This document shows, one piece after another, positions 1 to 8,888 of a stretch of DNA of 54,513 nucleotides. The stretch's first letter is position 1, and every line of letters begins with the position of its first letter. The stretch lies in assembly GCA_964355895.1 (NCBI GenBank), contig CAYHFK010000001.1, forward strand, positions 1,588 through 56,100, given 5' to 3'. Below the pieces are notes generated by a model. The model saw only the letters and a program-made list of their open reading frames with translations. It searched no databases and was not told where the DNA came from. The DNA comes from an uncultured Bifidobacterium sp. Lineage in GTDB: Bacteria > Verrucomicrobiota > Verrucomicrobiia > Limisphaerales > JADLHS01. The translations under genes were made by a program, and so were the position numbers.

Positions 1-981
1 TGGCTGGTGACCGGGCCGTCGAATTCGCCGGAGAACTCCTTCAAGCTGCCCGACGGTCGCACCGCCCAGGTCTGCATGGGGCCGACGATTGACATGCAAC
101 AGTTGCGCGAACTTTTCGGCAACACCGCGCGGGCCGCGGAAATTCTCGGCGTGGACGACGAGTTGCGCCGCGAGCTAATGCAGAAACGCGCTCGGCTGGC
201 GCCGAACCAAATCGGGCCGGACGGCCGCTTACAGGAATGGCTCAAACCGTATCCCGAACCCGAGCCGCATCACCGGCATGTGTCGCCGCTCTATGGCCTG
301 CACCCGTACGACGAGATCACGCCGACCGGAACACCGGAACTGGCACAGGCCTGCCGCAAATTGCTGGAAGGCCGCGGGGACGAGGGCACGGGTTGGTCGC
401 TCGCCTGGAAAATCAACTTCTGGGCGCGGCTGGGTGACGGTGATCGCGCGTTTAAACTGTTACAAATGCTGCTCCGCCCCGTCACGAGTTCCGCAATGAA
501 TTACATGGGCGGCGGCGGCTCGTCGGACAATCTGTTTTGCTTCCATCCGCCGTTTCAGATTGATGGCAATTTCGGCGGCTGCGCCGGCATCGCCGAAATG
601 CTGCTGCAAAGTCCGGGCGCCGCCACGCCCCGTGTGATAGACGACACGACCACGACCGGAGTTCCTGGAGCGTTTATCCCACGGGGCACGCCCGCGATCC
701 ACCTGCTGCCCGCGCTACCCACCGCCTGGCCCAGCGGTTCGTTCCGGGGATTGCGCGCGCAGGGCGGAATTGAAGTGGACCTGACTTGGAAAGACGGCAA
801 GGCCGTGTCCGCCACGCTCAAGGCGTCCAACGATGGGCCCGCTACCGTCGTCCCACCGAAGGGTCAGACCGTTGCTGGCGTCACGTTCAAAAACAAGCCG
901 GCGACCATCACGCCCAACCGCGACGGTTCGGCGGGCATTCAGACGAAAAGCGGTCAGACGTATGTCGTGCGGTTCCAATGA
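1..981 (+). CDS. GH95 alpha-L-fucosidase, C-terminal part (5' end outside window)
   Basis: Frame-1 ORF open to the left edge, TGA at 979-981. Motifs [22 protein letters not shown] and [13 protein letters not shown] fit the GH95 (alpha/alpha)6 core, followed by a beta-sandwich tail. Confidence 0.8.
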   Translation, partial: WLVTGPSNSPENSFKLPDGRTAQVCMGPTIDMQQLRELFGNTARAAEILGVDDELRRELMQKRARLAPNQIGPDGRLQEWLKPYPEPEPHHRHVSPLYGLHPYDEITPTGTPELAQACRKLLEGRGDEGTGWSLAWKINFWARLGDGDRAFKLLQMLLRPVTSSAMNYMGGGGSSDNLFCFHPPFQIDGNFGGCAGIAEMLLQSPGAATPRVIDDTTTTGVPGAFIPRGTPAIHLLPALPTAWPSGSFRGLRAQGGIEVDLTWKDGKAVSATLKASNDGPATVVPPKGQTVAGVTFKNKPATITPNRDGSAGIQTKSGQTYVVRFQ

Positions 982-1102
982 AACGAATGGTTACCCGGGA
1001 GAGGAAGTCGCCGCTGAAACCTCGATCACCGTCTCGTTTGCTCGAGGGCACCGTTGAGGTAGGGGGTCTTGCGCGATGCTTCTGCCAGACTGCTTTTCGA
1101 CT

Positions 1103-1675
1103 ATGAAAAGCCGCTGCAAGTCATGCTCACTGAACGCAAACGTCTTGCTGCTGCTGAGCTTCTGCTTGGCGCTGCAGGCCGGCGGGGCACAAACCAGTCG
1201 TTCTGGCGCCCGAGCCTGGGATCACATCAGCGTCGAGGTTGAGCCGAAGGTGCTCAATCCAGTGCGGCGATCAAATGCCGTTGGCCGATTGGTACTGACG
1301 GCGTTTTACCGCGATGGCACAAAAAGCAATCTCACCAACGCGCTGGCATCGTTCACTGTCAAAACGAAGCAGGCGAGCGGCAATCCTCAAGTTGTCAGCG
1401 TTGAGGGTGGCAAGGTGGTGGCGAAAGCAGGTGGGGTGGCAACCGTCGAAGCTGTTGTCGTGCAGGACGGAAAAACGTTCACTGCCAGCTGTGACGTGGT
1501 GGTGGCGCCGTTCTTTCGCGACTACCACCAAACATATTGGTTCTCAAACTCTTCCTGGGCATGGAGGGCGAGCCGGTGGAGCGTCTCGCGAAAGAACCGA
1601 TGTTTCTCAAGCCGCATGACGTCATGTGTACCTTTGAGGAAGCGCTGGAGGTCATTCGCAAGACCGACAATCTGA
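1103..1675 (+). CDS. N-terminal fragment (signal peptide + Ig-like Big_2-type domain) of a frameshift-split glycosidase
   Basis: ATG 1103, leader LLLLSFCLALQAGGAQ, Ig-like stretch VVSVEGGKVVAKAGGVATVEAVVVQDGKTFTASCDVVV. After about 1537 this frame becomes W/S/R-rich junk while frame 1 becomes protein-like. Confidence 0.55.
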   Translation: MKSRCKSCSLNANVLLLLSFCLALQAGGAQTSRSGARAWDHISVEVEPKVLNPVRRSNAVGRLVLTAFYRDGTKSNLTNALASFTVKTKQASGNPQVVSVEGGKVVAKAGGVATVEAVVVQDGKTFTASCDVVVAPFFRDYHQTYWFSNSSWAWRASRWSVSRKNRCFSSRMTSCVPLRKRWRSFARPTI

Positions 1676-2880
1676 CGCGGGGAATGCCAAAAATTGTTTA
1701 TCTCGTCGGCTGGCAAAAAGGCGGACACGACCACGGATACCCCGCTTGGGAAGAAGTGAATCCCCGATTGAAGCGGAAGCAGGACGCCACGGCGCTCGAG
1801 AGTTTGCGTTGGCTCATCCGCGAGGGCCGAAAGTTCAATACGACCGTGAGTTTGCACCTCAACATGGTAGACGCCTACCGGCAGAGTTCGCTCTGGAATG
1901 AATATGTGGCCAAGGACTGCTTGGCCAGGGACGCGAACGGCGAACTGCTGGTTGCCGGCATCCAGATGAAGGGGGAAGAAATGTACAACGTGGTCTATCC
2001 GCGGGAATGGGAGGCCGGTTTGGCGCAACATCGCATTGACGCGTTGATCAAAATGATTCCCGAACTCAAGGAAGGACACACCATCCATGTGGATGTGTTT
2101 ATCGCCAATCGCGATGGCGGCCAGCCCATCAGTCCCTGGCATGCAAAACCGGAGAACGGTGGGTTGACCCCGGAGAAATACGTCGAAACCCAGCGCAAGA
2201 TTTTTCACTACTGGCGCGACCGTGGATTCGATGTCACCGGAGAAGGCACGGGCTGGGCACACCCGCCGGGGGAACACTTCATCGGTTTGCAGGCGATGTC
2301 ATGGTGGTATTCGTGGAATCCGATGGAAATTCCGGAATGTCTGGGCGCGCGGGGTCGCACCGAGCGTGGTGGCGATGGTGATTTCCGCTTTGGCTCCAGC
2401 ATGCACGGCGAGGAAATCTGGCAGCGCGACAAGGAAACCATGCCCGGCTTCCTCGCCATGTTCTGCCGCACGACACTGCCGTGGTATTACCTGAGCCGGT
2501 TGGAACGCGTGAGGTTTGAGCACGAGGCGCTATTCTACAGCGACGGGGTGGTGGCGCGGAAGGAATCGGGGAAACGGATTATCCGCAAAGGCGACTTCGT
2601 ACTGCGCGAGGACGACGATCTTTTCGTTCCGGCGCAGTGGAACAAGCAGGAGATCATTGCCTACAGCAAGCAGGGCTACACGAACAAGTCATGGCAACTG
2701 CCAGCCGACTGGCGCAAGATCAAGCGGGTTGACCTTTATCGCATCACCTTGGATGGTTGTGTTCGCTTGAAAAAACGGGTTTCCGTGAGCGACGGGAAAC
2801 TGCCATTGTCGTTGGACAAAGAAGAAAGCATTTCCATCGTTCCGGCAGGAGCCAAGCTCGCCGGCAGGGTTGTAAAGTAA
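1537..2880 (+). CDS. TIM-barrel glycoside hydrolase, endo-alpha-N-acetylgalactosaminidase-like (GH101/GH129-like); no signal peptide of its own
   Basis: 447-codon ORF (TTG 1537, first ATG 1561). IVYLVGWQKGGHDHGYPAW and later acidic motifs resemble GH101-type catalytic domains. Family call is from memory only. Confidence 0.7.
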   Translation: MVLKLFLGMEGEPVERLAKEPMFLKPHDVMCTFEEALEVIRKTDNLTRGMPKIVYLVGWQKGGHDHGYPAWEEVNPRLKRKQDATALESLRWLIREGRKFNTTVSLHLNMVDAYRQSSLWNEYVAKDCLARDANGELLVAGIQMKGEEMYNVVYPREWEAGLAQHRIDALIKMIPELKEGHTIHVDVFIANRDGGQPISPWHAKPENGGLTPEKYVETQRKIFHYWRDRGFDVTGEGTGWAHPPGEHFIGLQAMSWWYSWNPMEIPECLGARGRTERGGDGDFRFGSSMHGEEIWQRDKETMPGFLAMFCRTTLPWYYLSRLERVRFEHEALFYSDGVVARKESGKRIIRKGDFVLREDDDLFVPAQWNKQEIIAYSKQGYTNKSWQLPADWRKIKRVDLYRITLDGCVRLKKRVSVSDGKLPLSLDKEESISIVPAGAKLAGRVVK

Positions 2881-3076
2881 TCGTCGGCGCGCCGAAGCAA
2901 ACGGCACCACCCCGTTCACGCTTTCGGGAATGAAATGGAGACGAAGATTCGCGACGGTGACGGCCCCGAGACTTTTGCAACTCAATTGAAAACAGGAAAG
3001 TCATGAAGAATAGACTGCGATTGGGTCCTGGCGCGGGAGCGAGCGAAACCATGAGTTACTGCTCCACAGCTCTCGC

Positions 3077-5509
3077 ATGAAAAACCGGAGCAAAATCCCC
3101 ATGCCAGACCAAACCACACGCTGCTTCGTGGCTACGCTTCTCGCTGCGCTGGTCATGCTCTCCATGCTCCCGGTCGCGTGCGTTGCGCAGTCACCGGTGG
3201 TGAAACTGGCCCGGCCCACGCCGGAACAGGCGGCGTGGCAGGACCTGGAGTTGGGGTTGTTCATTCACTACGACCTGCCGGTGTTCAAGCCGGGCTGGAA
3301 TCATCGGCAGTACGAGCAGCGGCCGGAGCCCAGCGTCTTCAACCCCAAAAAGCTGAACACCGATCAGTGGATGGAAGCGGCCCGGGCCATGGGGGCGAAA
3401 TACGCCGTGTTCGTCGCCAAACATGGCAGCGGGTTCATGAACTGGCAAAGCGACCTCTATCCTTTTGGCATGAAACAGTCACCCTACCAGAACGGCCAGG
3501 GCGACATTGTGCGCGATTTTGTCAACTCCTGCCGCAAGTATGGCATCCAGCCCGGCATTTACGCGCACATGGGCTGCAACGGTTACCTCGAGGTGGACAA
3601 TCCCGGGTTGGTCAATCGTGGCAAAGGCGGCGACCCGGCGAGGCAGGCGGATTACGCAAAGATTTGCGAGGGCATGCTCAATGAGTTGTGGGGCAATTAC
3701 GGCGATTTAATGGAAATCTGGTTCGACGGCGGCGTGCTCGATCCATCCAAGGGTGGCCCCGACATGCTGCCCATCCTGCGCAAACTCCAGCCCAAAGCGA
3801 TCGTCTTCCAGGGACCGGCGGCTTCGATTCGCTGGATTGGCAACGAAGACGGTGTCGCACCTTATCCCTCCTGGGCCACGGTGCCCGACGTTCGGGACTA
3901 CAACGGTCCCGGCAGTCCGGACGGCCCGAAATGGCTGCCGGGCGAATGCGACGTGCCGATCCGCCAGGGCATCTGGATGTGGGAACCCAACACGGAGGAC
4001 CGCCTGTTTTCCGTGGACCAACTCATGGACCGGTATTACCGCTCCGTGGGGCACAACTGCAATCTGCTCCTCAATGCCAACCCCGACCCCGACGGCCTGA
4101 TTCCCGAACCCGATATGAAACGGTATCGCGAGTTCGGCGACGAAATCCGGCGGCGCTTCGGCACGAATGTGGCCGCGACCGCCGGCAACGGCATACTGGT
4201 GGAGCTGACACTGCCCAAGCCAACACGCATCGACCATGTGATCACGATGGAAAACATCCTCGAAGGCGAACGCGTGCGGGAGTACGTGATCGAGGGGCAG
4301 GTGGGCAACCAGTTGCAGGAACTCTGCCGTGGCACGGCGATTGGCCACAAGAAGATTGACCGTTTTAATCCGACCGAAGTGAGCAAGGTTCGGTGGCGCT
4401 GTCTTCAGTCCGTTGCCGAGCCGCACCTGCGCCAGTTGGCGGTCTACGCCGTCGACCCGGCGGACACTGGCCGCGAGATTGACCGGGCCACGTTGGATGC
4501 GTGGTCGGCGCCGTACCGGGGCTGGCATTATTATCCGGAACCGATCATCCCTTCGGATCTCAAGACTCCCGGCCACGAGAATTTCCGGAACTTCGACGTG
4601 CCGACGGTTTACCAGCTTCCCGGTCAGCCGGGAAAATGGTTCATGAGCTACATCGGCTTCAACGGCCAGGGCTACAACAGCTTTGTGTCCGAGAGCACGA
4701 ACCTGCTGCAATGGACCCATCCGCGGATCGCCATGGGGTTCGGGCCCACGAACGAATTCGACCACGGCGGCTGCGTCATCGGCGCGTTCCTCTACGAGTC
4801 CTACGCCATCAAGGCGCCGCGCGTGCTCAAGCAGCGGGATGGGAAATTTTGGACGCTCTACGGCGCTTACCCGCGTCAGGGTGGCTACGAATTGCGGCCT
4901 GGCTACGAGGGCGTGGCGGTGAGCGACGACGGGCTGACCTGGCGCCGGGCGAAGAACGCGCCGATTCTCGCGGTCCAGGATCCCGACTGTGGCCTTTGGG
5001 AAAAGGATTGCATCTACCAGCCGTGGCTGCTCGAGCACGAGGGCCGGTTCTACAACTTCTACAACGCGGCCAATGGCGGCACCGAGCAGATGGGCGGAGC
5101 CACCTCGACCAACTTGCTCGAATGGAAACGTTACCCGGACAATCCCATCGTCCGCGTTCGCCCGGGCGGTTACGACGAATCATTCTGCTCCGACGGCAAG
5201 GTGTTTCGCGACGGGGACCACTGGGTCATGTTTTACTTCGGCGTGGGCCGGGGCGGCGCCCACATCATGGCTGCCTTCTCGCGGGACTTGCGGCACTGGA
5301 CGTCCCATCCGGAGCCGCTCTACCAAGCCGGGGGTCATCCCGGCGGACTGGACCGCCAATATGCCCACAAGATTTCGCTGGTCCATAACCCCGCCAACGA
5401 CACCTTCTATCTCTATTATTGCGCCGTGGGCAAAGCGGGGACACCCGGAAACAAGGGGCGCTGCATTGGCTTGTTGACCAGTCGGCCGCTGCCCTCGAAG
5501 CCGGAGTAA
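3077..5509 (+). CDS. GH29 alpha-L-fucosidase fused to a C-terminal five-bladed beta-propeller glycosidase-like domain
   Basis: Signal peptide, then RPTPEQAAWQDLELGLFIHY, FNPKKLNTDQWMEAARAMGAKYAVFVAKHGSGF, GDIVRDFVNSCRKYGIQPGIY (GH29-B pattern). The C-terminal 340 aa show repeated blade signatures (GKWFMSY..LLQWTH, DGKFWTLY..DDGLTWRR, EGRFYNFY..NLLEWKRY, DGDHWVMFY..DLRHWTSH). Confidence 0.85.
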   Translation: MKNRSKIPMPDQTTRCFVATLLAALVMLSMLPVACVAQSPVVKLARPTPEQAAWQDLELGLFIHYDLPVFKPGWNHRQYEQRPEPSVFNPKKLNTDQWMEAARAMGAKYAVFVAKHGSGFMNWQSDLYPFGMKQSPYQNGQGDIVRDFVNSCRKYGIQPGIYAHMGCNGYLEVDNPGLVNRGKGGDPARQADYAKICEGMLNELWGNYGDLMEIWFDGGVLDPSKGGPDMLPILRKLQPKAIVFQGPAASIRWIGNEDGVAPYPSWATVPDVRDYNGPGSPDGPKWLPGECDVPIRQGIWMWEPNTEDRLFSVDQLMDRYYRSVGHNCNLLLNANPDPDGLIPEPDMKRYREFGDEIRRRFGTNVAATAGNGILVELTLPKPTRIDHVITMENILEGERVREYVIEGQVGNQLQELCRGTAIGHKKIDRFNPTEVSKVRWRCLQSVAEPHLRQLAVYAVDPADTGREIDRATLDAWSAPYRGWHYYPEPIIPSDLKTPGHENFRNFDVPTVYQLPGQPGKWFMSYIGFNGQGYNSFVSESTNLLQWTHPRIAMGFGPTNEFDHGGCVIGAFLYESYAIKAPRVLKQRDGKFWTLYGAYPRQGGYELRPGYEGVAVSDDGLTWRRAKNAPILAVQDPDCGLWEKDCIYQPWLLEHEGRFYNFYNAANGGTEQMGGATSTNLLEWKRYPDNPIVRVRPGGYDESFCSDGKVFRDGDHWVMFYFGVGRGGAHIMAAFSRDLRHWTSHPEPLYQAGGHPGGLDRQYAHKISLVHNPANDTFYLYYCAVGKAGTPGNKGRCIGLLTSRPLPSKPE

Positions 5510-5885
5510 CGATTGAGGCTTGTAAAAAATGGGGTGACCCGACATGAGTGCGAACGGAGCGCGGCGTTCACGCCGCTTCCGTGGGAAAAGCTCAAGCGGG
5601 CCCGGCATTTTCTGCGCCGCACGACGAAGGCGGTTGAAGCGGGCTGAAGCCCGCGCTCCGGCACCGTATTGCGCCAGTCTCAATAAACGAACGCCCCGGT
5701 GCAGCACGGCACCGAACCATCCACGCCCCTGAGCGGTTCGGAACCGAGACCACGCTTCGCGCGGCGGACAACTACCCTTGGGCCACCAGCTTGTGGCGGG
5801 CGGGGGACGGCGATGCGCGGTAGCGTAAATCGAAATTGGGGCCACTAATTTGCTGGTATTGGGCACACCACCCTCACCGGTTCCA

Positions 5886-6000
5886 GCGTTCAAAATTCAA
5901 TGGCAACATGGGTGAGATGGTTGGACTGTCGGGTTCAAATTTCCCCGCCGCGTCCACCATGGTGATCCGGCTGAATCGAACCGAGTGATCGAAACCAAGA
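5886..6000 (+). repeat. Copy A of a 115-nt direct repeat with a tRNA/tmRNA-3'-end-like segment
   Basis: Aligns base-for-base with 10541-10655 (about 10 mismatches in 115 by eye). Contains gggttcaaat..ccccgccgcgtccacca (ACCA at 5956-5959). Confidence 0.85.
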
Positions 6001-6198
6001 GCTGGGTGACCCCTTCACGCAAGCGGCTGAATACCTACAAGCCAAGAAGGGAGTGAATCGGTTGACACCGGCCGGCCGGGGACTAAGCTTGCTCCTGATG
6101 AAGCGACCGTTTTCATCTGCGGACTGCCAACCGTTGGCTTATCATCCCAAACGGCATGATATCCGAGTCTGCATAATTACTTGTAGGCATCATTGCAC

Positions 6199-6573
6199 AT
6201 GACTCGCCGCATCATTATCACGTTCACACTGATTGTTGTGCTGATTGCTCTGACCGTCGGCGCTTATCGAGCTGGTTATCAGACATCCGAGCGGCATGCC
6301 GCACGGACTCATTACACAGAGGTGATGTCGCTGGCGACTCACCTGTATTTGACTGCGGAGCATGGGCAGTCAGAGCGTGTTCGCGAGTCATTGGGCTTTG
6401 AGGTTCTTGCAGCGACACTGCAATACGAGCATTGCGTATCTGAGCCTGAGCGCAGTATTTTGAGTCCCGATTATTCCGCAGCTAGACAGATCGCTTCAAA
6501 GTTTGAGACGCATATGGGCACGAACAATTGGACAAGGGGCGACGGACTATGGTTGATTGACACAAACAAATAG
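6199..6573 (+). CDS. hypothetical small membrane-anchored protein in a low-GC patch
   Basis: ATG 6199, N-terminal TM helix IIITFTLIVVLIALTVGAY, 124 aa, visibly lower GC than the surroundings. No recognisable family. Confidence 0.55.
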   Translation: MTRRIIITFTLIVVLIALTVGAYRAGYQTSERHAARTHYTEVMSLATHLYLTAEHGQSERVRESLGFEVLAATLQYEHCVSEPERSILSPDYSAARQIASKFETHMGTNNWTRGDGLWLIDTNK

Positions 6574-6863
6574 ACCCATGACACCTACAAGTGCGCATCT
6601 GACAGAGTAGGAGCGAGCGATCGAAACCAAGAACCCCTTTCGACCCCTTTCCAGCGCTTTGTTCGGCGCATTAGCTTATTGGAGTTTCACGCTCAGATTT
6701 ACTGGAAACTGCTTTACCGAATCTGCGGCGCCCCCTTTATGGTAGGCGGTGCGGTGATTGAATTGAGGAACGTGCAGGATGGATGGTTTTGCCTCGACTC
6801 GAAGCTGCGCTTCCAGTTCGCGAAGCCGAATTTGGGCTGATGCCGCATCGGCGAAGCGATTTT

Positions 6864-8888
6864 TTACGTTAGCGGCTCAAAGATTTCCGTGCCGGTCTTT
6901 TCCGGCGGTGCGAAGTTCGCTCCGCAGTGTTCGCATCTTTCCCGATCTACCACACGCGTCTTTTTGCAACCAGGGCAGGATTCCTTGGCAGGCCATTCCT
7001 GTACCGCGAGAAAGGCCAAGAGACCAGGCAGGCCGAAAAGCAGATGAAAAATCCCCCATCCTGTCTGGGCCTTCAGCGTGAGATTGTTACGCCGCCCCAG
7101 CCACCAACCCACCCAGACACAAAGGATCGCTGGAATGATGCGCAGCAGATTCCAAGTCCGGTAAGGCTCGTCCCAACTCCAAAGCGGAAAAGCGGGCGGC
7201 ATGAGCGGGATGACGAATCGCTCCGCGAGACGGAGTTGAGCTGGTTCGGACAGTTTCGGCAAATCCATCGTGTTGCGGATGCTCTCATCAGCGTTCACCC
7301 ATTCGACGCGGCTGAGGAGTTTTCCCCCGGACTCCTTGTTCAGCAAATAGTCCGGATCAAAACGCACGGCGAAGGTGTTGGTGGGGACGAGCCAGAAGAC
7401 GCTCACCGTCGGATATTCCGGATGCGACGGCACATACGGCAGATTTAATTTGGTTCCGCCTTCGAGATCCAGAAGGCGAATGGAAGTGCGGGTCAGGATG
7501 AGCACGGAGTCGTTGGTCGCAGGAGCAAGTGGTGATCTGACCTCGGAAAATCCGTGGATGGCGTCGCCGTTGGTGACCGTGAGGAGCGGTTTGAGTTTGC
7601 GGTTTTCCAGGTCCACCAGGTAAGCGGTCCGGGCTGACACGAGGACTCCCGGCGGCATGTAGTTGTAGAGATAACTGTAGCTATAGTTCTGCGGAAGCAG
7701 GAAGCGAGAATCATCAGCCGTCCTAGCGCCCCCGGTGCCCTGCGGCACTAGAACACCCGCGAATCGCCGGGTGATTCCATGGTAGGCCACTAGGCGACCA
7801 TCAGCAGTCAGATACCAAAGGGCCTTGTCCTGCACGCGCCATGGGCCGAAGTAGCGCGCGATGTGAAAGAACCGTTCCCCGAATTGGTTGTTTCGCCGGG
7901 CGCGCTTCTCCACATTCACCGATGCCGACACGCTTTGGGCGTATCGCGACTGGAGATCCTTCGGTTGGATTTTGCGCCCTGTTTTCTCATCGAGCACCGA
8001 CTGGCCGTTCATGTCCTCGACGTCGGCTTCATCGAAACCACGCTGGACGACCCGGAGAATGTTCCCGTCCCGCGTCAACCGGTAGTGCGAGTAAGAGTAG
8101 CCTCCACGTGACACCAGCATATTGACAGTGACCGCGCACAACAGGCTGAGGAGCACCAAGACAGAAACCGTGGAGGCCACGGTCAGCGCTACTTTGCCCA
8201 CAATAGGTTGATCGCGGTAAAACCCTCCCGTCCGGTAGCTGCCCCAAACCGCCAGCGCGAGCAGCGTCTCCGCCACGACGATGATGAGCAAGGCGTGCCA
8301 GAACTCCGGCACGGCGAACAAGCTGAAATTCGCGACCACGGCCAGACCCAATCCGAAACCACGGCTGGCAAACCAGCGCGCCTTGCGCAGTCCAGTCAGT
8401 AGCCCTGCAAAGTAATAAACCATCCCAACAAGGAAAATCGAAGTGAGAGGCAACGCCATCGCCCACTCGAATGGGGCCGCCACATTCCCCGGGATGGAAA
8501 CCACAAGGATCAATCCGAACAACGGCAACCCCGTTCCCGCCACATACAGAAGCAAACCCGCCACCACTTTGCTCTGCACAATGCGGGTCCAGTGGATTGG
8601 TCGGTGCACCAGAAACGCCCAGAGATCTGGGTGCTTCTCCGCCCGAATCTGCAACCATCCCAGCAGCGTCCCGAAGATCGCGCAGAAAAAGGACACTTGG
8701 ATCAGGAGTTCGTTCCTCAGCAAGGGTTGAAGGCTGTCGGAGCTAACCTGACCCATGTACCACACCACTTGCTGTAACTGGCTCCCGTAGGCGACAAACG
8801 CCAGGGACACCATAAGCGTGAGGACTGCCAGACCGATCAATGCCACTTTGAATTGCTCTCGCAGTTCCTTGAGGATGAGTTGCTTCAT
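6864..8888 (-). CDS. ABC-2-type permease fused to a large extracytoplasmic domain, two extra TM helices and a C-terminal CxxC..CxxC zinc ribbon
   Basis: ATG 8888 overlaps the ATPase stop (ATGA). Six N-terminal TM segments, then about 330 aa soluble, then TM pair IIPAILCVWVGWW / IFHLLFGLPGLLAFLAV, ending CPGCKKTRVVDRERCEHCG. Confidence 0.8.
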   Translation of the reverse strand: MKQLILKELREQFKVALIGLAVLTLMVSLAFVAYGSQLQQVVWYMGQVSSDSLQPLLRNELLIQVSFFCAIFGTLLGWLQIRAEKHPDLWAFLVHRPIHWTRIVQSKVVAGLLLYVAGTGLPLFGLILVVSIPGNVAAPFEWAMALPLTSIFLVGMVYYFAGLLTGLRKARWFASRGFGLGLAVVANFSLFAVPEFWHALLIIVVAETLLALAVWGSYRTGGFYRDQPIVGKVALTVASTVSVLVLLSLLCAVTVNMLVSRGGYSYSHYRLTRDGNILRVVQRGFDEADVEDMNGQSVLDEKTGRKIQPKDLQSRYAQSVSASVNVEKRARRNNQFGERFFHIARYFGPWRVQDKALWYLTADGRLVAYHGITRRFAGVLVPQGTGGARTADDSRFLLPQNYSYSYLYNYMPPGVLVSARTAYLVDLENRKLKPLLTVTNGDAIHGFSEVRSPLAPATNDSVLILTRTSIRLLDLEGGTKLNLPYVPSHPEYPTVSVFWLVPTNTFAVRFDPDYLLNKESGGKLLSRVEWVNADESIRNTMDLPKLSEPAQLRLAERFVIPLMPPAFPLWSWDEPYRTWNLLRIIPAILCVWVGWWLGRRNNLTLKAQTGWGIFHLLFGLPGLLAFLAVQEWPAKESCPGCKKTRVVDRERCEHCGANFAPPEKTGTEIFEPLT

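Noticed and set aside
1520-1545. Programmed ribosomal frameshift joining ORFs 1103-1675 and 1537-2880
   Set aside because: There is no X-XXY-YYZ slippery heptamer at the junction (..cac caa aca tat tgg..) and no obvious downstream stem-loop or pseudoknot. A simple one-base deletion explains it better.
3707-5038. 443-aa minus-strand ORF; similar long antisense ORFs at 12607-13830, 15535-17157, 17277-18329, 25402-26571, 30478-31878, 35123-36046, 42918-44273, 46050-47687, 47684-48667, 50964-51857 and 51975-52778
   Set aside because: Each lies entirely antisense to a gene with clear family motifs. They are rich in Arg/Ala/Gly/Pro/His and low in Lys/Ile/Asn/Tyr, and carry no recognisable motifs. 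They are typical stop-poor shadow frames of high-GC DNA.
5180-5893. ORFs in the 5510-5890 spacer (237-aa minus, 62-aa plus and others)
   Set aside because: They show Arg/Ala/Pro-rich shadow composition. The region instead contains REP-like hairpins (gcgggctgaagcccgc at about 5639-5654) and the edge of repeat copy A.
6574-6863. Possible small minus-strand gene after the permease (..IRLRELEAQLRVEAKPSILHVPQFNHRTAYHKGG..)
   Set aside because: There is no start codon in that frame after the preceding stop, it is under 60 codons, and no family is recognised. It could be a gene remnant but is not supportable.
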